Source of the DNA: Bryobacterales bacterium
GTDB taxonomy: Bacteria; Acidobacteriota; Terriglobia; Bryobacterales; Bryobacteraceae
Direction: 5' to 3'
DNA: 64,000 nt
NCBI GenBank assembly: GCA_035063885.1
Contig: JAPSFM010000002.1
Location: 56,727 to 120,726 of the forward strand
In this document: positions 29,402-39,675 of the stretch, piece after piece
Layout of the letters: the number at the start of each line of letters is the position of its first letter
How positions within the stretch are numbered: position 1 is the stretch's first letter
The notes under the pieces: generated by a model
Told to the model about the DNA's origin: nothing
Database searches by the model: none
What the model saw: only the letters and a program-made list of their open reading frames with translations
Position numbers and translations under genes: made by a program

Positions 29402-30352
29402 TTACCTGAACGGACGCTCGGCCCCGGAATTCTTGATGTACGGGCCCGGGCGGCCATCCGGCAGAACGGTGCGGTTATCCGTTCGTGCCTGCATCAACTG
29501 CTCACCCGTCAACTCCCGCGCTCCCCGCAAATCGGCGTTTCGCAAGTCGGCGGTCCAGAGGTTCGCTCCGCCGAACCGCGAGCCGGAAAGGCATGCCCCG
29601 GAAAACACCGTACCCGACAACTTCGCCTCCCGAAAGTCACAGCCCCGCAAATCAGCGCTGTCAAAGGCGCTCCGTGTGAGATCCGCTTTGTGGAATCTGG
29701 CGTTAGACGCGTCAGCGCGCGTGAAGTCACAGGTGAGCAGATGTGCCATTCCGAAATTCGCCGAAATGAGCACCGTGCCCGTGAAGCGGCTGAACTGGAT
29801 GCGCGCATGATAGAGAACGGTGTTCTCCATGTCGGCACCGGAGAAAACCGATTCCGTAATGCGAGCGTGATGAAATCCCGCATCCTTCAGCACAGCTCCG
29901 CTGAAGTCGGTTTGATCGATCGGCGCCTCCGCCCAGCGTGTTTCAGCCAGCCCAGCCTTTCGAAACAGGCTGTTTCGAACTGGTGCCTCGGAAAGATTTG
30001 CACCGGTGAGCCAGGCAAAATCGAATAGACTTCCGATCAACTCGGCCGCGGTCAGGTCCGCCCTCAAAAGCATTGCTCTTCTCAGGTCCGCCTGCTCCAG
30101 ACGGGCGCCGCTCAAATCAGCGCCGCTCAAGTCCGCATCCAGCCACGATGTAAAATCGAGCACCGCTTTCCGCAGGTTCAATTGACGCAGCTTACAGTCG
30201 TTGAAGACCTGGCCCCTCAGATTTGCGCGAACACCATTGGCCTGCTCGCCGAGCCATGCCTCATGGAGTTCTAGGACCCGTGCCAGCCCAAGAGGCGCAG
30301 CCCTGGCCACATTCGTGCCGGGTTGCGAATCGCTCCAGTTCAGTAGTGCCAT
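29402..30352 (-). CDS. Pentapeptide-repeat protein
   Basis: 316 aa made of A(D/N)LxG-type quintets throughout (ADLSGADLSGARLEQADLRRAMLLRADLTAAEL...). Confidence 0.85.
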   Translation of the reverse strand: MALLNWSDSQPGTNVARAAPLGLARVLELHEAWLGEQANGVRANLRGQVFNDCKLRQLNLRKAVLDFTSWLDADLSGADLSGARLEQADLRRAMLLRADLTAAELIGSLFDFAWLTGANLSEAPVRNSLFRKAGLAETRWAEAPIDQTDFSGAVLKDAGFHHARITESVFSGADMENTVLYHARIQFSRFTGTVLISANFGMAHLLTCDFTRADASNARFHKADLTRSAFDSADLRGCDFREAKLSGTVFSGACLSGSRFGGANLWTADLRNADLRGARELTGEQLMQARTDNRTVLPDGRPGPYIKNSGAERPFR

Positions 30353-30411
30353 GCTTTTACCCTCATCGGCACAACTGAACTCCGGCTTTAACCTTAACGC
30401 TTCGGTCTTTT

Positions 30412-32868
30412 TTAGCCCCGGACGACCAGATTCACCAGCCTGTCGGGAATCACGATGACCTTCACTACCTGCTTCCCCTGAAGCAAAGCCTGGATCTTTT
30501 CATCGTTCAGGGCGTGCTGCTCCAGAATGGTTTTCTCCATCCCAAAGGGAACCATCATCTTGCCCCGCATCTTTCCGTTGACCTGGATTACAATCTCCGC
30601 CTCTTCCTCCCGCGCCAGTTCCGGATCATACTCCGGCCAGGGCTGCTTGAACACCGGGCCGGACCGGCCAAGCTCTTCCCACATCTCCTCGGCCAGGTAA
30701 GGTGCGAAGGGCGCCAGCAATAGCACCAGTTTTTCCAGCACCTCCGCCAGGACCGGACCGGACAACTCGTTCTCAGCGGCGTAGATTTCATTGACCAGCT
30801 CCATAAAAGCCGCCACCGAGGTGTTGAAATGCCAGCGGCTCTCAAAATCGCCGGTGATTTTTCTAACGGTCTGGTGCAGCTTGCGCCGGACTCGCCGGCC
30901 GGCCTTTTCATTCCGTATCTCCGCCGTGCGCGATCGTTCCACGTTCCTGGTCACAAAGCGGTATACGCGCCCCAGAAACCGGTAGGCCCCCTCCGCGCCG
31001 GCATCGGTCCAGTCCATATCCCTTTCGGGAGGCGCGGCGAAAAGCTCGAACACACGTCCGGTGTCGGCGCCGAAGCGCCTTATCATCTCATCGGCACTGA
31101 CGACATTACCCTTCGACTTCGACATCTTCGCACCGTCGCGAATCACCATCCCCTGCGTAAAGAGCCGGGCAGCCGGTTCATCGTTTTGTACCAGTCCAAG
31201 ATCCCGCATCATCTTCGTCCAAAACCGGGAATAGATCAAATGCAGGATGGCGTGTTCAACACCGCCGATATACTGGTCAATCGGGAACCAGTAGGCGATC
31301 TTGGCTGGATCGAAGGGGGCTTTGGAGTTCATCGGATCACAGTAACGGTAGAAGTACCACGACGAATCGATGAACGTATCCATCGTGTCGGTTTCACGGC
31401 GAGCCTCGCCGCCACACTTTGGACAGGACGTTGTGAAGAACTCCGGAACGTTTTCGAGTGGCGATTTCCCCTTGCCGGTGATCTCCGCATTCAGCGGCAA
31501 CACGACTGGAAGATCTTCCTCGGCGACAGGCACGATTCCACACTGGCTGCAATGAATCACTGGAATCGGCGTCCCCCAATACCGCTGGCGGGAGATCCCC
31601 CAGTCTTTGATCCTGTAGGTCACCGCGCTTTTGCCGAAATTCTCGCGTTCGGCCTTTTCGGTCATGCGCGCCCGTGCTTCGGCGCTCGGCAGGCCGGAGA
31701 ACTCACCGGAATTCTCCGTGATGCCATCTTCTGTGAAGGCCCCTTGCATGGTGGCGGTATCCGCCAACTCCCCATCCACCGGACGAATGACCGGACGCAC
31801 GGGTATGCCAAACTGCCTGCAAAACTCGAAATCGCGCTCATCGTGGGCGGGAACCGCCATAATCGCGCCCGTGCCGTAGCCCATCAATACAAAATTGCCG
31901 ATCCAGACTGGAACTTTCTCGCCGCTGTACGGGTTGATGGCATACGATCCGGTAAAGAGCCCCTCCTTGTCCAGGTCAGACGGGTCTTTTTGCGCGCGCC
32001 GGTCGATCATTTCCTTTACGCGCTGCCGCATTTCCCCGCTCACCAGCCGCTTTACGGCCGGATGCTCCGGGGCCAGAATGACGCAGGTCGCCCCGTAGAT
32101 CGTATCGACCCGCGTCGTAAAGACGCGTATAGGCTCGTTCGTGGTCTCCAGTCGAAAGTCCGCTTCCGTTCCCTCCGACCTCCCAATCCAGTTCCGCTGC
32201 ATGGAAAGCACGCGGTCCGGCCAGCCACCTTCGAGCTGATCCATGTCGCGCAGTAACTCGTCGGCATAGACAGTGATACGCAGAAACCACTGTTCCAACT
32301 CGCGCTGCTCGACAGCCGTGCTCTCATGGCGCCAGCAGCAACCGTCCACCACCTGCTCATTTGCCAGCACCGTACCGCAGTCGGGGCACCAGTTTACGAG
32401 CGCTTTGCGGCGGTAGGCGAGCCCGCCCTCCAGCATTTTGAGGAAGAACCACTGGTTCCAGCGGTAGTACTCCGGCTCACACGTCGAGACTTCGCGGTTC
32501 CAGTCGTAGCTGAAACCCATGCGCCGGTGCTGCGCTTTCATCTGCTCGATGTTCGACAACGTCCACTCGCGCGGGTGGCGCCGGTTCGCGATCGCCGCAT
32601 TCTCCGCCGGCAGTCCGAAAGCGTCCCATCCCATGGGGTGCAGAACGTTGAAGCCGCGCATCCATTTGTAGCGGGCCAGGGCGTCACCGATGGCATAATT
32701 GCGAATGTGACCGATGTGCAGTGTTCCGCTGGGATAAGGCAGCATCTCGAGGACGTAGTATTTGGGCCGGGATGAACTTTCCTCCGGCGCGAACAGGTCT
32801 GGCGTATTCCGCCAGCGTTCGCTCCACTTCATTTCGATGGCGTTGTGGTCGTACGGCTTTTCCGGCAT
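30412..32868 (-). CDS. leuS: Leucine--tRNA ligase
   Basis: 818 aa with HIGH motif (GTLHIGHIRNY), KMSKS motif (KMSKSKGN) and CP1 editing-domain blocks. Confidence 0.95.
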   Translation of the reverse strand: MPEKPYDHNAIEMKWSERWRNTPDLFAPEESSSRPKYYVLEMLPYPSGTLHIGHIRNYAIGDALARYKWMRGFNVLHPMGWDAFGLPAENAAIANRRHPREWTLSNIEQMKAQHRRMGFSYDWNREVSTCEPEYYRWNQWFFLKMLEGGLAYRRKALVNWCPDCGTVLANEQVVDGCCWRHESTAVEQRELEQWFLRITVYADELLRDMDQLEGGWPDRVLSMQRNWIGRSEGTEADFRLETTNEPIRVFTTRVDTIYGATCVILAPEHPAVKRLVSGEMRQRVKEMIDRRAQKDPSDLDKEGLFTGSYAINPYSGEKVPVWIGNFVLMGYGTGAIMAVPAHDERDFEFCRQFGIPVRPVIRPVDGELADTATMQGAFTEDGITENSGEFSGLPSAEARARMTEKAERENFGKSAVTYRIKDWGISRQRYWGTPIPVIHCSQCGIVPVAEEDLPVVLPLNAEITGKGKSPLENVPEFFTTSCPKCGGEARRETDTMDTFIDSSWYFYRYCDPMNSKAPFDPAKIAYWFPIDQYIGGVEHAILHLIYSRFWTKMMRDLGLVQNDEPAARLFTQGMVIRDGAKMSKSKGNVVSADEMIRRFGADTGRVFELFAAPPERDMDWTDAGAEGAYRFLGRVYRFVTRNVERSRTAEIRNEKAGRRVRRKLHQTVRKITGDFESRWHFNTSVAAFMELVNEIYAAENELSGPVLAEVLEKLVLLLAPFAPYLAEEMWEELGRSGPVFKQPWPEYDPELAREEEAEIVIQVNGKMRGKMMVPFGMEKTILEQHALNDEKIQALLQGKQVVKVIVIPDRLVNLVVRG

Positions 32869-33707
32869 AGCTTCTTCAGTGTCTGAACGTTTCTGAGGTC
32901 GTCGCCTTCCTGGTCGATCGGTGTTTCCAGGATAAAGGGCTTCTTTGAAAGCTTGGGATGATTCAGGATACGGCGAAAGCCTTCAAGACCAATATAGCCT
33001 TCACCTATGTGAGCGTGCCGGTCAACATGGGAACCTAGCGGGGTCTTGGAGTCATTAGAATGGATCACCTTCACGTTCACCAGTCCCAGTTCGGATTCGA
33101 GCTTTTGCAGCGTAGAACGCAAACCGGACGGGGTTGATACATCGTAGCCCGCCGCCAGGCAGTGGCAGGTATCGATGCAATATCCGATTTCGAAGTCGAG
33201 TTGAGTACTCGCCAGATCCCGAATCGCCCGGAGTTCTTCAAAGCGGTATCCGATCTGCGCTCCGCATCCTGCCGTATTCTCGAGCAGGAGTGTCAGGTTC
33301 CCGGGCTCAAGACCGGCAGCCGCTTCGCCCAATCCGCGAACCAGGTTCACGATGCCTTCTTCCAGCGACTGTCCTTTGTAGTTGCCCGGATGTGCCACCA
33401 GGTATTCCGCGCCGATCGCTATCGCCCTCTCCATCTCGCCCCGGAACGCCGCGATCGACTTGCGGCGGATCAGCCGATCGGCCGAAGCCAGGTTGATCAG
33501 GTAGTTGTCATGGATGACAAGCGGTGTCAAATCGTGCCGTTCCCGTAGTTCCCTCATCCTTCGAATGGCTGAAGGATCGGGCATACCGGCTCTCCACATG
33601 CGCGGGCTTGCGGAGAAAATCTGGAACGTGTTCGCGCCTAACTCCTGCGCTCTCGCCGCCGCTTTGTCCAGTGAGCCGCCGATAGACGTGTGAATTCCGA
33701 TTCGCAA
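32829..33707 (-). CDS. nfo: Deoxyribonuclease IV (endonuclease IV)
   Basis: RIGIHTSIGGSLDKAA, VAHPGNY and CIDTCH metal-site motifs. Homology begins at the TTG at 33707; the ORF track extends to 33812, so the start is uncertain. The 3' end overlaps the leuS start by 40 nt. Confidence 0.85.
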   Translation of the reverse strand: MRIGIHTSIGGSLDKAAARAQELGANTFQIFSASPRMWRAGMPDPSAIRRMRELRERHDLTPLVIHDNYLINLASADRLIRRKSIAAFRGEMERAIAIGAEYLVAHPGNYKGQSLEEGIVNLVRGLGEAAAGLEPGNLTLLLENTAGCGAQIGYRFEELRAIRDLASTQLDFEIGYCIDTCHCLAAGYDVSTPSGLRSTLQKLESELGLVNVKVIHSNDSKTPLGSHVDRHAHIGEGYIGLEGFRRILNHPKLSKKPFILETPIDQEGDDLRNVQTLKKLCRKSRTTTTPSK

Positions 33708-33888
33708 GATGGAACTGTCAGGATAGCACCGGCCCGCTACTGGCTTAGAAGAAGCTGGCCGCAGCGGCACATGCAGTTGTGATTTTCGCGTGCCGATCGT
33801 TCTTGTTTGCACGGCGACGGGTTGGGCAGCCGCAACGGCAGGCCGGTTCGCTTCGATGGGCGTATTGCGAATGTTCCACGCATGAGAT

Positions 33889-34707
33889 CTAAAACACTGG
33901 GCTGCCGGTCACCCTCTCCAAGACCTGCACAACCTCCCGAAGGGGGCAACGAGGCATACGGAAATCATCCGTCACCGCCGCTTCCAGTTCCGCGTAGCTG
34001 GTGAGCCGCCGGTCTTCTCTCTCCTTTCCCCTGAAGTAGATGAGCGTGTTATTGCGCAACTCGACGGTGTAGTCCTCGAAAAAGCGGGTGATGCGTAAGG
34101 AACTCATGAATTTCCTGCCGCGTTGGAAGGAATCGAGAATGACCGGCCGGAAAAATTCGAGAGAGCGCGGTGGTCCATGAACGAGATAGCCGTGGGCTCG
34201 CTCATTGTTGGAAAATACCGTCATCTCGTAGGCCCCATCGCACGCGCTCCGGTCGAACAGATACCGGTGATTGCCGTGATGAATTTCAAGCGGCACCCGG
34301 TCGAGGCGCATGGGACGATAGAAGGGTGCGGCATAGCCGGCGTCCACGTGATACTCCACTCCTTCGAGCCGGACACGCACCGACGTATGGAGATTGGGAA
34401 CGTCCATATCCGCTCCCAGCAGGTCCGCCTCATAGCCCAGGGCTCTCAGCAGTTCCGCAAGAAACGGATTACTGGAGTAACAGGTCCCGCCCAGGTCGTG
34501 ATGCTCAATACCGTCGAGAAACTCGGAAAGTGTGTTGATGCGTCCCGCTCCTTCCCTTCCAAACAGTAGCAGTTTGGATATGTTCTCGAATGGTACACGG
34601 CATAAGTGCCGGCGCACGATTTCGCCGAGATCCCGTATTCCCGATGGGATTCCCTCGATCCCGAGGAGCCGTAAATAGCGGCGATGAAGCGGTCCGATCT
34701 TCGTCAT
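33889..34707 (-). CDS. Arylamine N-acetyltransferase (NAT) family protein
   Basis: VPFENISKLL and the catalytic-Cys context GGTCYSSNPFLAELLRALG. Start taken at MTKIGPLHRRYL (34707); the ORF-track start at 34881 runs through the upstream small gene. Confidence 0.7.
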   Translation of the reverse strand: MTKIGPLHRRYLRLLGIEGIPSGIRDLGEIVRRHLCRVPFENISKLLLFGREGAGRINTLSEFLDGIEHHDLGGTCYSSNPFLAELLRALGYEADLLGADMDVPNLHTSVRVRLEGVEYHVDAGYAAPFYRPMRLDRVPLEIHHGNHRYLFDRSACDGAYEMTVFSNNERAHGYLVHGPPRSLEFFRPVILDSFQRGRKFMSSLRITRFFEDYTVELRNNTLIYFRGKEREDRRLTSYAELEAAVTDDFRMPRCPLREVVQVLERVTGSPVF

Positions 34708-34718
34708 GCCAGCGTATC

Positions 34719-34940
34719 TCAGGATTTCGGTGCGGCGTTCGCTTTCAGCTGCATCCAGCCAAGCACCATAAAGCCGGCTGCGATGCCGGCTCGCAGCAAC
34801 ACGATCCACGCTCGTTCTCCCTGCAGCCAGCGGTTGAGTCCCAGCAGAAGGAAGCCCAGTCCGATGAAGATATACCACCACCCAAACCAGCGTCCACGCC
34901 GCCTGCGCTCTTCCGGCGTCTTACCCCACAGATCCGGCAT
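34719..34940 (-). CDS. Small two-TM membrane protein (hypothetical)
   Basis: 73 aa with two hydrophobic helices (WFGWWYIFIGLGFLLLGL; IVLLRAGIAAGFMVLGW). Ends 11 nt before the NAT gene start. Confidence 0.5.
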   Translation of the reverse strand: MPDLWGKTPEERRRRGRWFGWWYIFIGLGFLLLGLNRWLQGERAWIVLLRAGIAAGFMVLGWMQLKANAAPKS

Positions 34941-35165
34941 GCTTCTTTCAAATTACCACTGTCTTTTTATGCCGCATTTGCAGGCAAATACGCCACATAC
35001 CGGCTTGCTTGCGGGACTCGTGCCATGCGACAATGATCCTCGAAAGTTTTAAGGAGTGTCACATCCGCCGGCGGAGTTCCAGGTGAGGTTAGCTGGAAGT
35101 TCAGCAGCACGAGAGTGGTATGTCGTGGGTTGGTGCAGGACGCTCGAATCAGGGAGATACAAGTA

Positions 35166-35369
35166 GTGAAAGAAAAAGGTGTCGTGAAATGGTTTAACGC
35201 CGCAAAGGGCTATGGATTTATCCAGCGGTCAAGCGGCGAGGATGTGTTCGTACATTACACAGCGATCCAGATGAACGGCTATCGTACGCTGGATGAAGGT
35301 ACGGAGGTGGAGTTCGAAGTCAAGAGCGGCCCCAAGGGCTTGCAGGCTGAGAACGTTTCGCGAGCTTAA
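35166..35369 (+). CDS. Cold-shock protein (CspA family)
   Basis: [16 protein letters not shown] (RNP-1) and DVFVHY (RNP-2). GTG start at 35166 with GGGAGA 8 nt upstream; the ORF-track start is 35115. Confidence 0.92.
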   Translation: MKEKGVVKWFNAAKGYGFIQRSSGEDVFVHYTAIQMNGYRTLDEGTEVEFEVKSGPKGLQAENVSRA

Positions 35370-35394
35370 TACCCATTTCCAACACGATTTTCCT

Positions 35395-35429
35395 AAAGGC
35401 CGTCCACGCCGACGGCCTTTTCCTTTTTG
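35395..35429 (+). terminator. Rho-independent terminator of the csp gene
   Basis: AAAGGCCGTC / loop CACGCC / GACGGCCTTT followed by TCCTTTTT. Confidence 0.8.
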
Positions 35430-35552
35430 GGATTCCTTTACCATTCAGCCGGCTTGTGTTGCCTGAGCCACGAGATTCCCGAACCCGGAGCCTGCAATCC
35501 GGCAGAATTTGCAATTTCTCTGATCTCGAGGCAAGGCTGATGGACATTGCCG

Positions 35553-35840
35553 TCAGCGGTCTGTGTGCCCCAGGTCACGGCCGGGCGCGACACGGTCGCG
35601 GACCAGCCGCTTGAGTTCCTTGATCTCCGGGAAACATCCCTGCGCGTTTCGCGACCAGGCAGTCTCCCCTCCAATCCGGATTTCGAAAATACCGCCTGAA
35701 CCGGGGATCATAGTGACACCACCGATTTCCTGTTCGAACGTCTGCAGCAGTTCCTGCGCCATCCAGGCCGCACGCAAAAGCCAGCGGCACTGCGTGCAAT
35801 ATTCGATTTCAATACGTGGCGAACCCCTCGCTCCTGTCAT
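35553..35840 (-). CDS. SelW/SelT/SelH (Rdx) family thioredoxin-like protein, Cys form
   Basis: PRIEIEYCTQCRWLLRAAWMAQELL, i.e. the Rdx CxxC motif with Cys (TGC), not TGA. Start taken at MTGARG (35840). Confidence 0.75.
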   Translation of the reverse strand: MTGARGSPRIEIEYCTQCRWLLRAAWMAQELLQTFEQEIGGVTMIPGSGGIFEIRIGGETAWSRNAQGCFPEIKELKRLVRDRVAPGRDLGHTDR

Positions 35841-35895
35841 ATGTCCCAGGATAAAGAGGGATGAACACAGAATCACCCGCAGCTATCATCGGTAC

Positions 35896-37257
35896 ATGGG
35901 GCAATCCTTCCGCGTTGAACACGACACGATGGGCGAAATGCGAGTCCCGGGACATGCGCTGTATGGCGCGCAGACGCAACGTGCCGTCGAGAACTTCCCG
36001 ATCAGCCGCCTCCGTTTCACACGGCCGTTCATTCGCGCACTGGGGCTCATCAAATCCGCCGCTGCGCGTGTAAATGGAGAACTGGGCGAGATCCCCGGAG
36101 AGGTAGCAGCCCGCATAGCCTCCGCCGCGGACCGCGTCGCCGCCGGTGAGTTCGATGCGGAATTTGTGATCGATATTTTCCAGACCGGCAGCGGAACATC
36201 CACCAACATGAATGCGAACGAGGTGATCGCCCGGCTTGCGTCCGCGCATCCGAATGATCACGTCAATCGCGGCCAATCGAGCAACGATGTTATCCCCACG
36301 GCCATACACGTTGCAGCCGCCGAGCTGGTTCATAAACAACTCCTTCCCTCCCTAGGCCGCCTCCATAAACAACTTGCGGCAAAATCGGTTGAATTTGGCG
36401 ACGTGCTGAAAATCGGGCGTACACACTTGCAGGACGCGGTGCCTATGCGGATGGGACAGGAATTCAGCGGGTATGCGCGCCAGGTGGAGTTGTCCATCGA
36501 ACGGATTGCGGCGGCGGCCGCGGGGGTACACGAACTCGCGCTCGGCGGCACGGCGGTGGGGACGGGCCTCAATGCGCATCCCAAGTTTGCGCCGGCCGTG
36601 ATTCAAATTCTGGCCGTGGCCACAGGTGTTCCGTTCCGCAAAGCCGCGAACCATTTCGAAGCGCAGGCGTCCAAGGATGCCGTGGCATTTCTCAGTTCCG
36701 CTTTGAAGACAACCGCGGTAGCGCTAACGAAGATTGCGAACGATATTCGCTGGCTCGGCTCCGGGCCGCGCTGCGGGCTGGGTGAATTGCGCCTGCCGGC
36801 CGTGCAGCCCGGCTCCAGCATTATGCCCGGCAAGGTGAACCCCGTTATCGCCGAGAGTCTGCTCATGGTCTGTGCGCAGGTGGTGGGCCACGATGCGGCC
36901 GTTACGTGGTCCTGCGCCGCGGGCAACTTCGAGTTGAATGTGATGATGCCAGTGATTGCTTATGATTTGCTCGAATCCATCGAACTGCTGGCGAATGCGA
37001 GCCGCAATTTCGCTGACCGGTGCATTGCCGGATTGGAAGTAGACCGCGAACGAACAGCGGCCTTTATCGAACAGTCACTGGCCATGGGAACGGCGCTGGC
37101 GGTTGAGATGGGGTATGAACGAGCCGCCGAACTCGTAAAGGAAGCATACAGAACGGGGCGTACAGTTCGTGAAGTTGCTGTGGAAAAAAGCGGCCTCCCG
37201 GCGGAACGGCTTCAGACCCTGCTCGATCCGGAACGGCAGGCCGGCAGTGCGGCTTGA
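35896..37257 (+). CDS. fumC: Class II fumarate hydratase
   Basis: MGQSFRVEHDTMGEMRVPGHALYGAQTQRAVENF at the N-terminus, and the lyase signature GSSIMPGKVNP. The ORF-track start at 35563 is an artefactual 111-aa extension antisense to the Rdx gene. Confidence 0.9.
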   Translation: MGQSFRVEHDTMGEMRVPGHALYGAQTQRAVENFPISRLRFTRPFIRALGLIKSAAARVNGELGEIPGEVAARIASAADRVAAGEFDAEFVIDIFQTGSGTSTNMNANEVIARLASAHPNDHVNRGQSSNDVIPTAIHVAAAELVHKQLLPSLGRLHKQLAAKSVEFGDVLKIGRTHLQDAVPMRMGQEFSGYARQVELSIERIAAAAAGVHELALGGTAVGTGLNAHPKFAPAVIQILAVATGVPFRKAANHFEAQASKDAVAFLSSALKTTAVALTKIANDIRWLGSGPRCGLGELRLPAVQPGSSIMPGKVNPVIAESLLMVCAQVVGHDAAVTWSCAAGNFELNVMMPVIAYDLLESIELLANASRNFADRCIAGLEVDRERTAAFIEQSLAMGTALAVEMGYERAAELVKEAYRTGRTVREVAVEKSGLPAERLQTLLDPERQAGSAA

Positions 37258-37268
37258 GCCGCGAACGA

Positions 37269-38081
37269 TCAGTGGAACAGACCCAGAAACCACTCGATAA
37301 ACCCGTTGCGGTTTTTGAGCGTTTCTTTTTCGAATCCTGAACTGCGCGCTTTTTCCAGATGCTCGGCCGCAACCTCTTTCATGCCTGCCCGCTCGTAGGC
37401 GCTGTACAGGCAAAAATCGAACTCGGGCGTACGCTCTACCGATGCGATGAGCATTAACTCTTCCATGTCGTAGCCCACTCGCTTCTCAATGCCGGGTTCA
37501 AGCTGAATCGCGGTCGTGAACGCGGCAATTGCATCCTGATATCTCTCCCTGGCAAACAGCGCGGCCGCCAGGTTCCATTGCACTACCGGCGATTTCGCGG
37601 CCAGGCTTAGAGCAGTCTCAAACCGCTTTTCGGCGCTACGTGAATTGCGGTTATCCAGTTCCAGAACTCCCAGGTTATTGATCGCAGCCGCATAGCGGCC
37701 GTCCCATTCGAGCGCGTTCCGATAGCTTTCTTTCGCCTGGTCCCGCTGCCCGGACTGCTGATAGGCAATCCCCAGCTTTGTCAGCACCAGGGGCAGGCGT
37801 CCGGTTTCACCGGTGTAAATGTCGATGGCTTCCCGATAGCGTTTCCGCGCCATCATAATGTCGCCGAGTTGCCGTTGCGTCAGGGCTGGCACCGGCTTCG
37901 GGGCGGGCTCAGTTGCCTTCAATCCCTCCGCTTTGGAGCGGTAAATAACATCCTTCTCCGCCGCAGGCTCCGGTACGGTCTGCCGCTGGGCCTGCTCCGC
38001 CGCCATCGAAGCGCCGGCGAGTAGGCCCACCGCCCACAACATCGTAATCATGGCGTTTGACTTCCTAACACCATTAGACAA
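37269..38081 (-). CDS. Secreted TPR-repeat protein
   Basis: 270 aa with a signal peptide (MITMLWAVGLLAGASMA) and several TPR units (AIDIYTG..., AKESYRNALEWDGRYAAAINNLG..., AIAAFTTAIQLEP). Confidence 0.7.
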   Translation of the reverse strand: MSNGVRKSNAMITMLWAVGLLAGASMAAEQAQRQTVPEPAAEKDVIYRSKAEGLKATEPAPKPVPALTQRQLGDIMMARKRYREAIDIYTGETGRLPLVLTKLGIAYQQSGQRDQAKESYRNALEWDGRYAAAINNLGVLELDNRNSRSAEKRFETALSLAAKSPVVQWNLAAALFARERYQDAIAAFTTAIQLEPGIEKRVGYDMEELMLIASVERTPEFDFCLYSAYERAGMKEVAAEHLEKARSSGFEKETLKNRNGFIEWFLGLFH

Positions 38082-38157
38082 CAGCCAAACTCTCCATGGC
38101 GTCCCTCAAATCCTGGGAGATAATGGTTCTGTTTGCTTCAGTTCTGGAGAAAACTGC

Positions 38158-39675
38158 ATGACAACCCGACGCAGGGGATCTTTTCCCGGGATCCTCACTG
38201 TTTTCCTTCCCCTCGTTCTTTCCGCTCAAAGTCTACAGGATTTTGAGAAACGGGTGACCGAGTTCACGCTGCCGAACGGAATGCACTTCATCGTGCTTGA
38301 ACGGCACGAAGCGCCAGTGGTCTCTTTTCACGCTTATGCGAATGTCGGTTCGGTCGACGACCCCAGCGGAAAGACTGGCCTGGCCCACATGTTTGAACAC
38401 ATGATCGGCAAAGGAACCGAGACGGTGGGCACGAAAAACTGGCCCGCTGAAAAGAAAGCGCTGGAAGCTGTCGAGGAGGTTTATGACCGCCTGGAGGCCG
38501 AGCGCCGCAAAGAACTGGAGGCCAATCCCGAGACGATCAAGAAATTGGAAGCACAACTTCAGGCGGCTATCGGGAAGGCGAACAGCTACGTCGTTCCCAA
38601 CCTGTTTGTGCGCGTAATCGAAGAGAACGGGGCGGCGGGCTTCAACGCCAGCACCGGTTCGGATGCCACCCGCTACTACTACAGTCTGCCATCAAACCGC
38701 ATCGAGCTTTGGTTCCTTCTGCAATCGGAGTGGTTCAAGCGCCCGGTATTCCGTGAATTCTACAAGGAGCGGTCCGTCGTGCGCGAAGAACGCCGCATGC
38801 GCGTGGAATCGAACCCTCAAGGCAAGCTCCAGGAATTGTTGACCGCGACTACCTTTATCGCCCACCCCTATAGAACCATGATCGGTTGGGCTAGCGATAT
38901 CGAAAACCTGCGCGCCAAAGATGCGGAAGAGTTTTTCAAGACCTACTATGTCCCCGGCAACGTGACGATCGCGATTGCGGGGGACGTGAACCCGGCCCAG
39001 GCAAAACAATTCGCGCAGAAATACTTCGGGCCCATTCCCGGTGGCGAACTTCCGCCGCGCGTGATCACTGAAGAGCCTCCCCAGGAAGGTACGAAAACGG
39101 TAACGCTCGAGACGGCCATCCAACCATTCGTCTTCGCCGCTTACAAAAGGCCGGATCAATTGCATAAAGACGATCCCGTGTTTGATGTTCTGGGAGGCAT
39201 CCTCTCCAGCGGACGTACCGGAATACTCTACAAGGAACTGGTGCGGGACAAGCAATTGGCCCTGGGCGCCGTAGCGATCGCCAGCTTTCCGGGCGGCAAG
39301 TATCCCAACGCATTTCTGTTCATTGCGGCTCCCAATCCCGGCAAGACTATCGAGGAGATTCAGAAAGCCTGGCAGGACATCCTGCGCCGCCTCAAGGAGG
39401 AAACCGTGGACGCGGAGACGCTGAAACGCGTAAAGACGAAAATTCGCGCGTCCTTGATCCGCCAGCTTGACAGCAATCCCGGGCTGGCTTCGCAACTTGC
39501 GTTCTACCATGTGAGCTATGGCGACTGGCGGAAGCTGTTCACCGGAATCCAGGAGATCGACAAGGTAACCGCCGCAGATGTTCAGCGTGTCGCGCGGCAG
39601 TACCTGAATGACAAGACGGCAACTTTGGCGTACACCACTGCACTGAAGCCGGCGTCCAAAGGAGAAGGAAAGTGA
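38158..39675 (+). CDS. M16 (pitrilysin/insulinase) family zinc peptidase, catalytic subunit
   Basis: Inverted zinc motif HMFEHMIGKG (HxxEH). Signal peptide, and ATG 38158 preceded by GGAGA 7 nt upstream. Confidence 0.85.
   Translation: MTTRRRGSFPGILTVFLPLVLSAQSLQDFEKRVTEFTLPNGMHFIVLERHEAPVVSFHAYANVGSVDDPSGKTGLAHMFEHMIGKGTETVGTKNWPAEKKALEAVEEVYDRLEAERRKELEANPETIKKLEAQLQAAIGKANSYVVPNLFVRVIEENGAAGFNASTGSDATRYYYSLPSNRIELWFLLQSEWFKRPVFREFYKERSVVREERRMRVESNPQGKLQELLTATTFIAHPYRTMIGWASDIENLRAKDAEEFFKTYYVPGNVTIAIAGDVNPAQAKQFAQKYFGPIPGGELPPRVITEEPPQEGTKTVTLETAIQPFVFAAYKRPDQLHKDDPVFDVLGGILSSGRTGILYKELVRDKQLALGAVAIASFPGGKYPNAFLFIAAPNPGKTIEEIQKAWQDILRRLKEETVDAETLKRVKTKIRASLIRQLDSNPGLASQLAFYHVSYGDWRKLFTGIQEIDKVTAADVQRVARQYLNDKTATLAYTTALKPASKGEGK

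Noticed and set aside
28628-30028. 466-aa plus-strand ORF spanning the DUF1624 gene and the pentapeptide gene
   Set aside because: It is out of frame with the membrane-protein gene and antisense to the pentapeptide-repeat gene. Its R/P/G-rich composition has no motifs. Both overlapped genes have strong family signatures.
30829-32256. 475-aa ORF antisense to leuS
   Set aside because: leuS carries HIGH/KMSKS motifs in the opposite frame. The antisense product is R/P/G/H-rich and featureless.
35553-35840. Rdx/SelW-like gene as a selenoprotein with in-frame TGA
   Set aside because: The redox motif is encoded CxxC with TGC codons. There is no in-frame TGA and no need to invoke a SECIS element.
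35563-35895. 111-aa N-terminal extension of fumC in the ORF track
   Set aside because: Fumarase homology starts at MGQSFRVEHDTMGE (ATG 35896). The extension is antisense to the Rdx/SelW-like gene and is R/S/P-rich.
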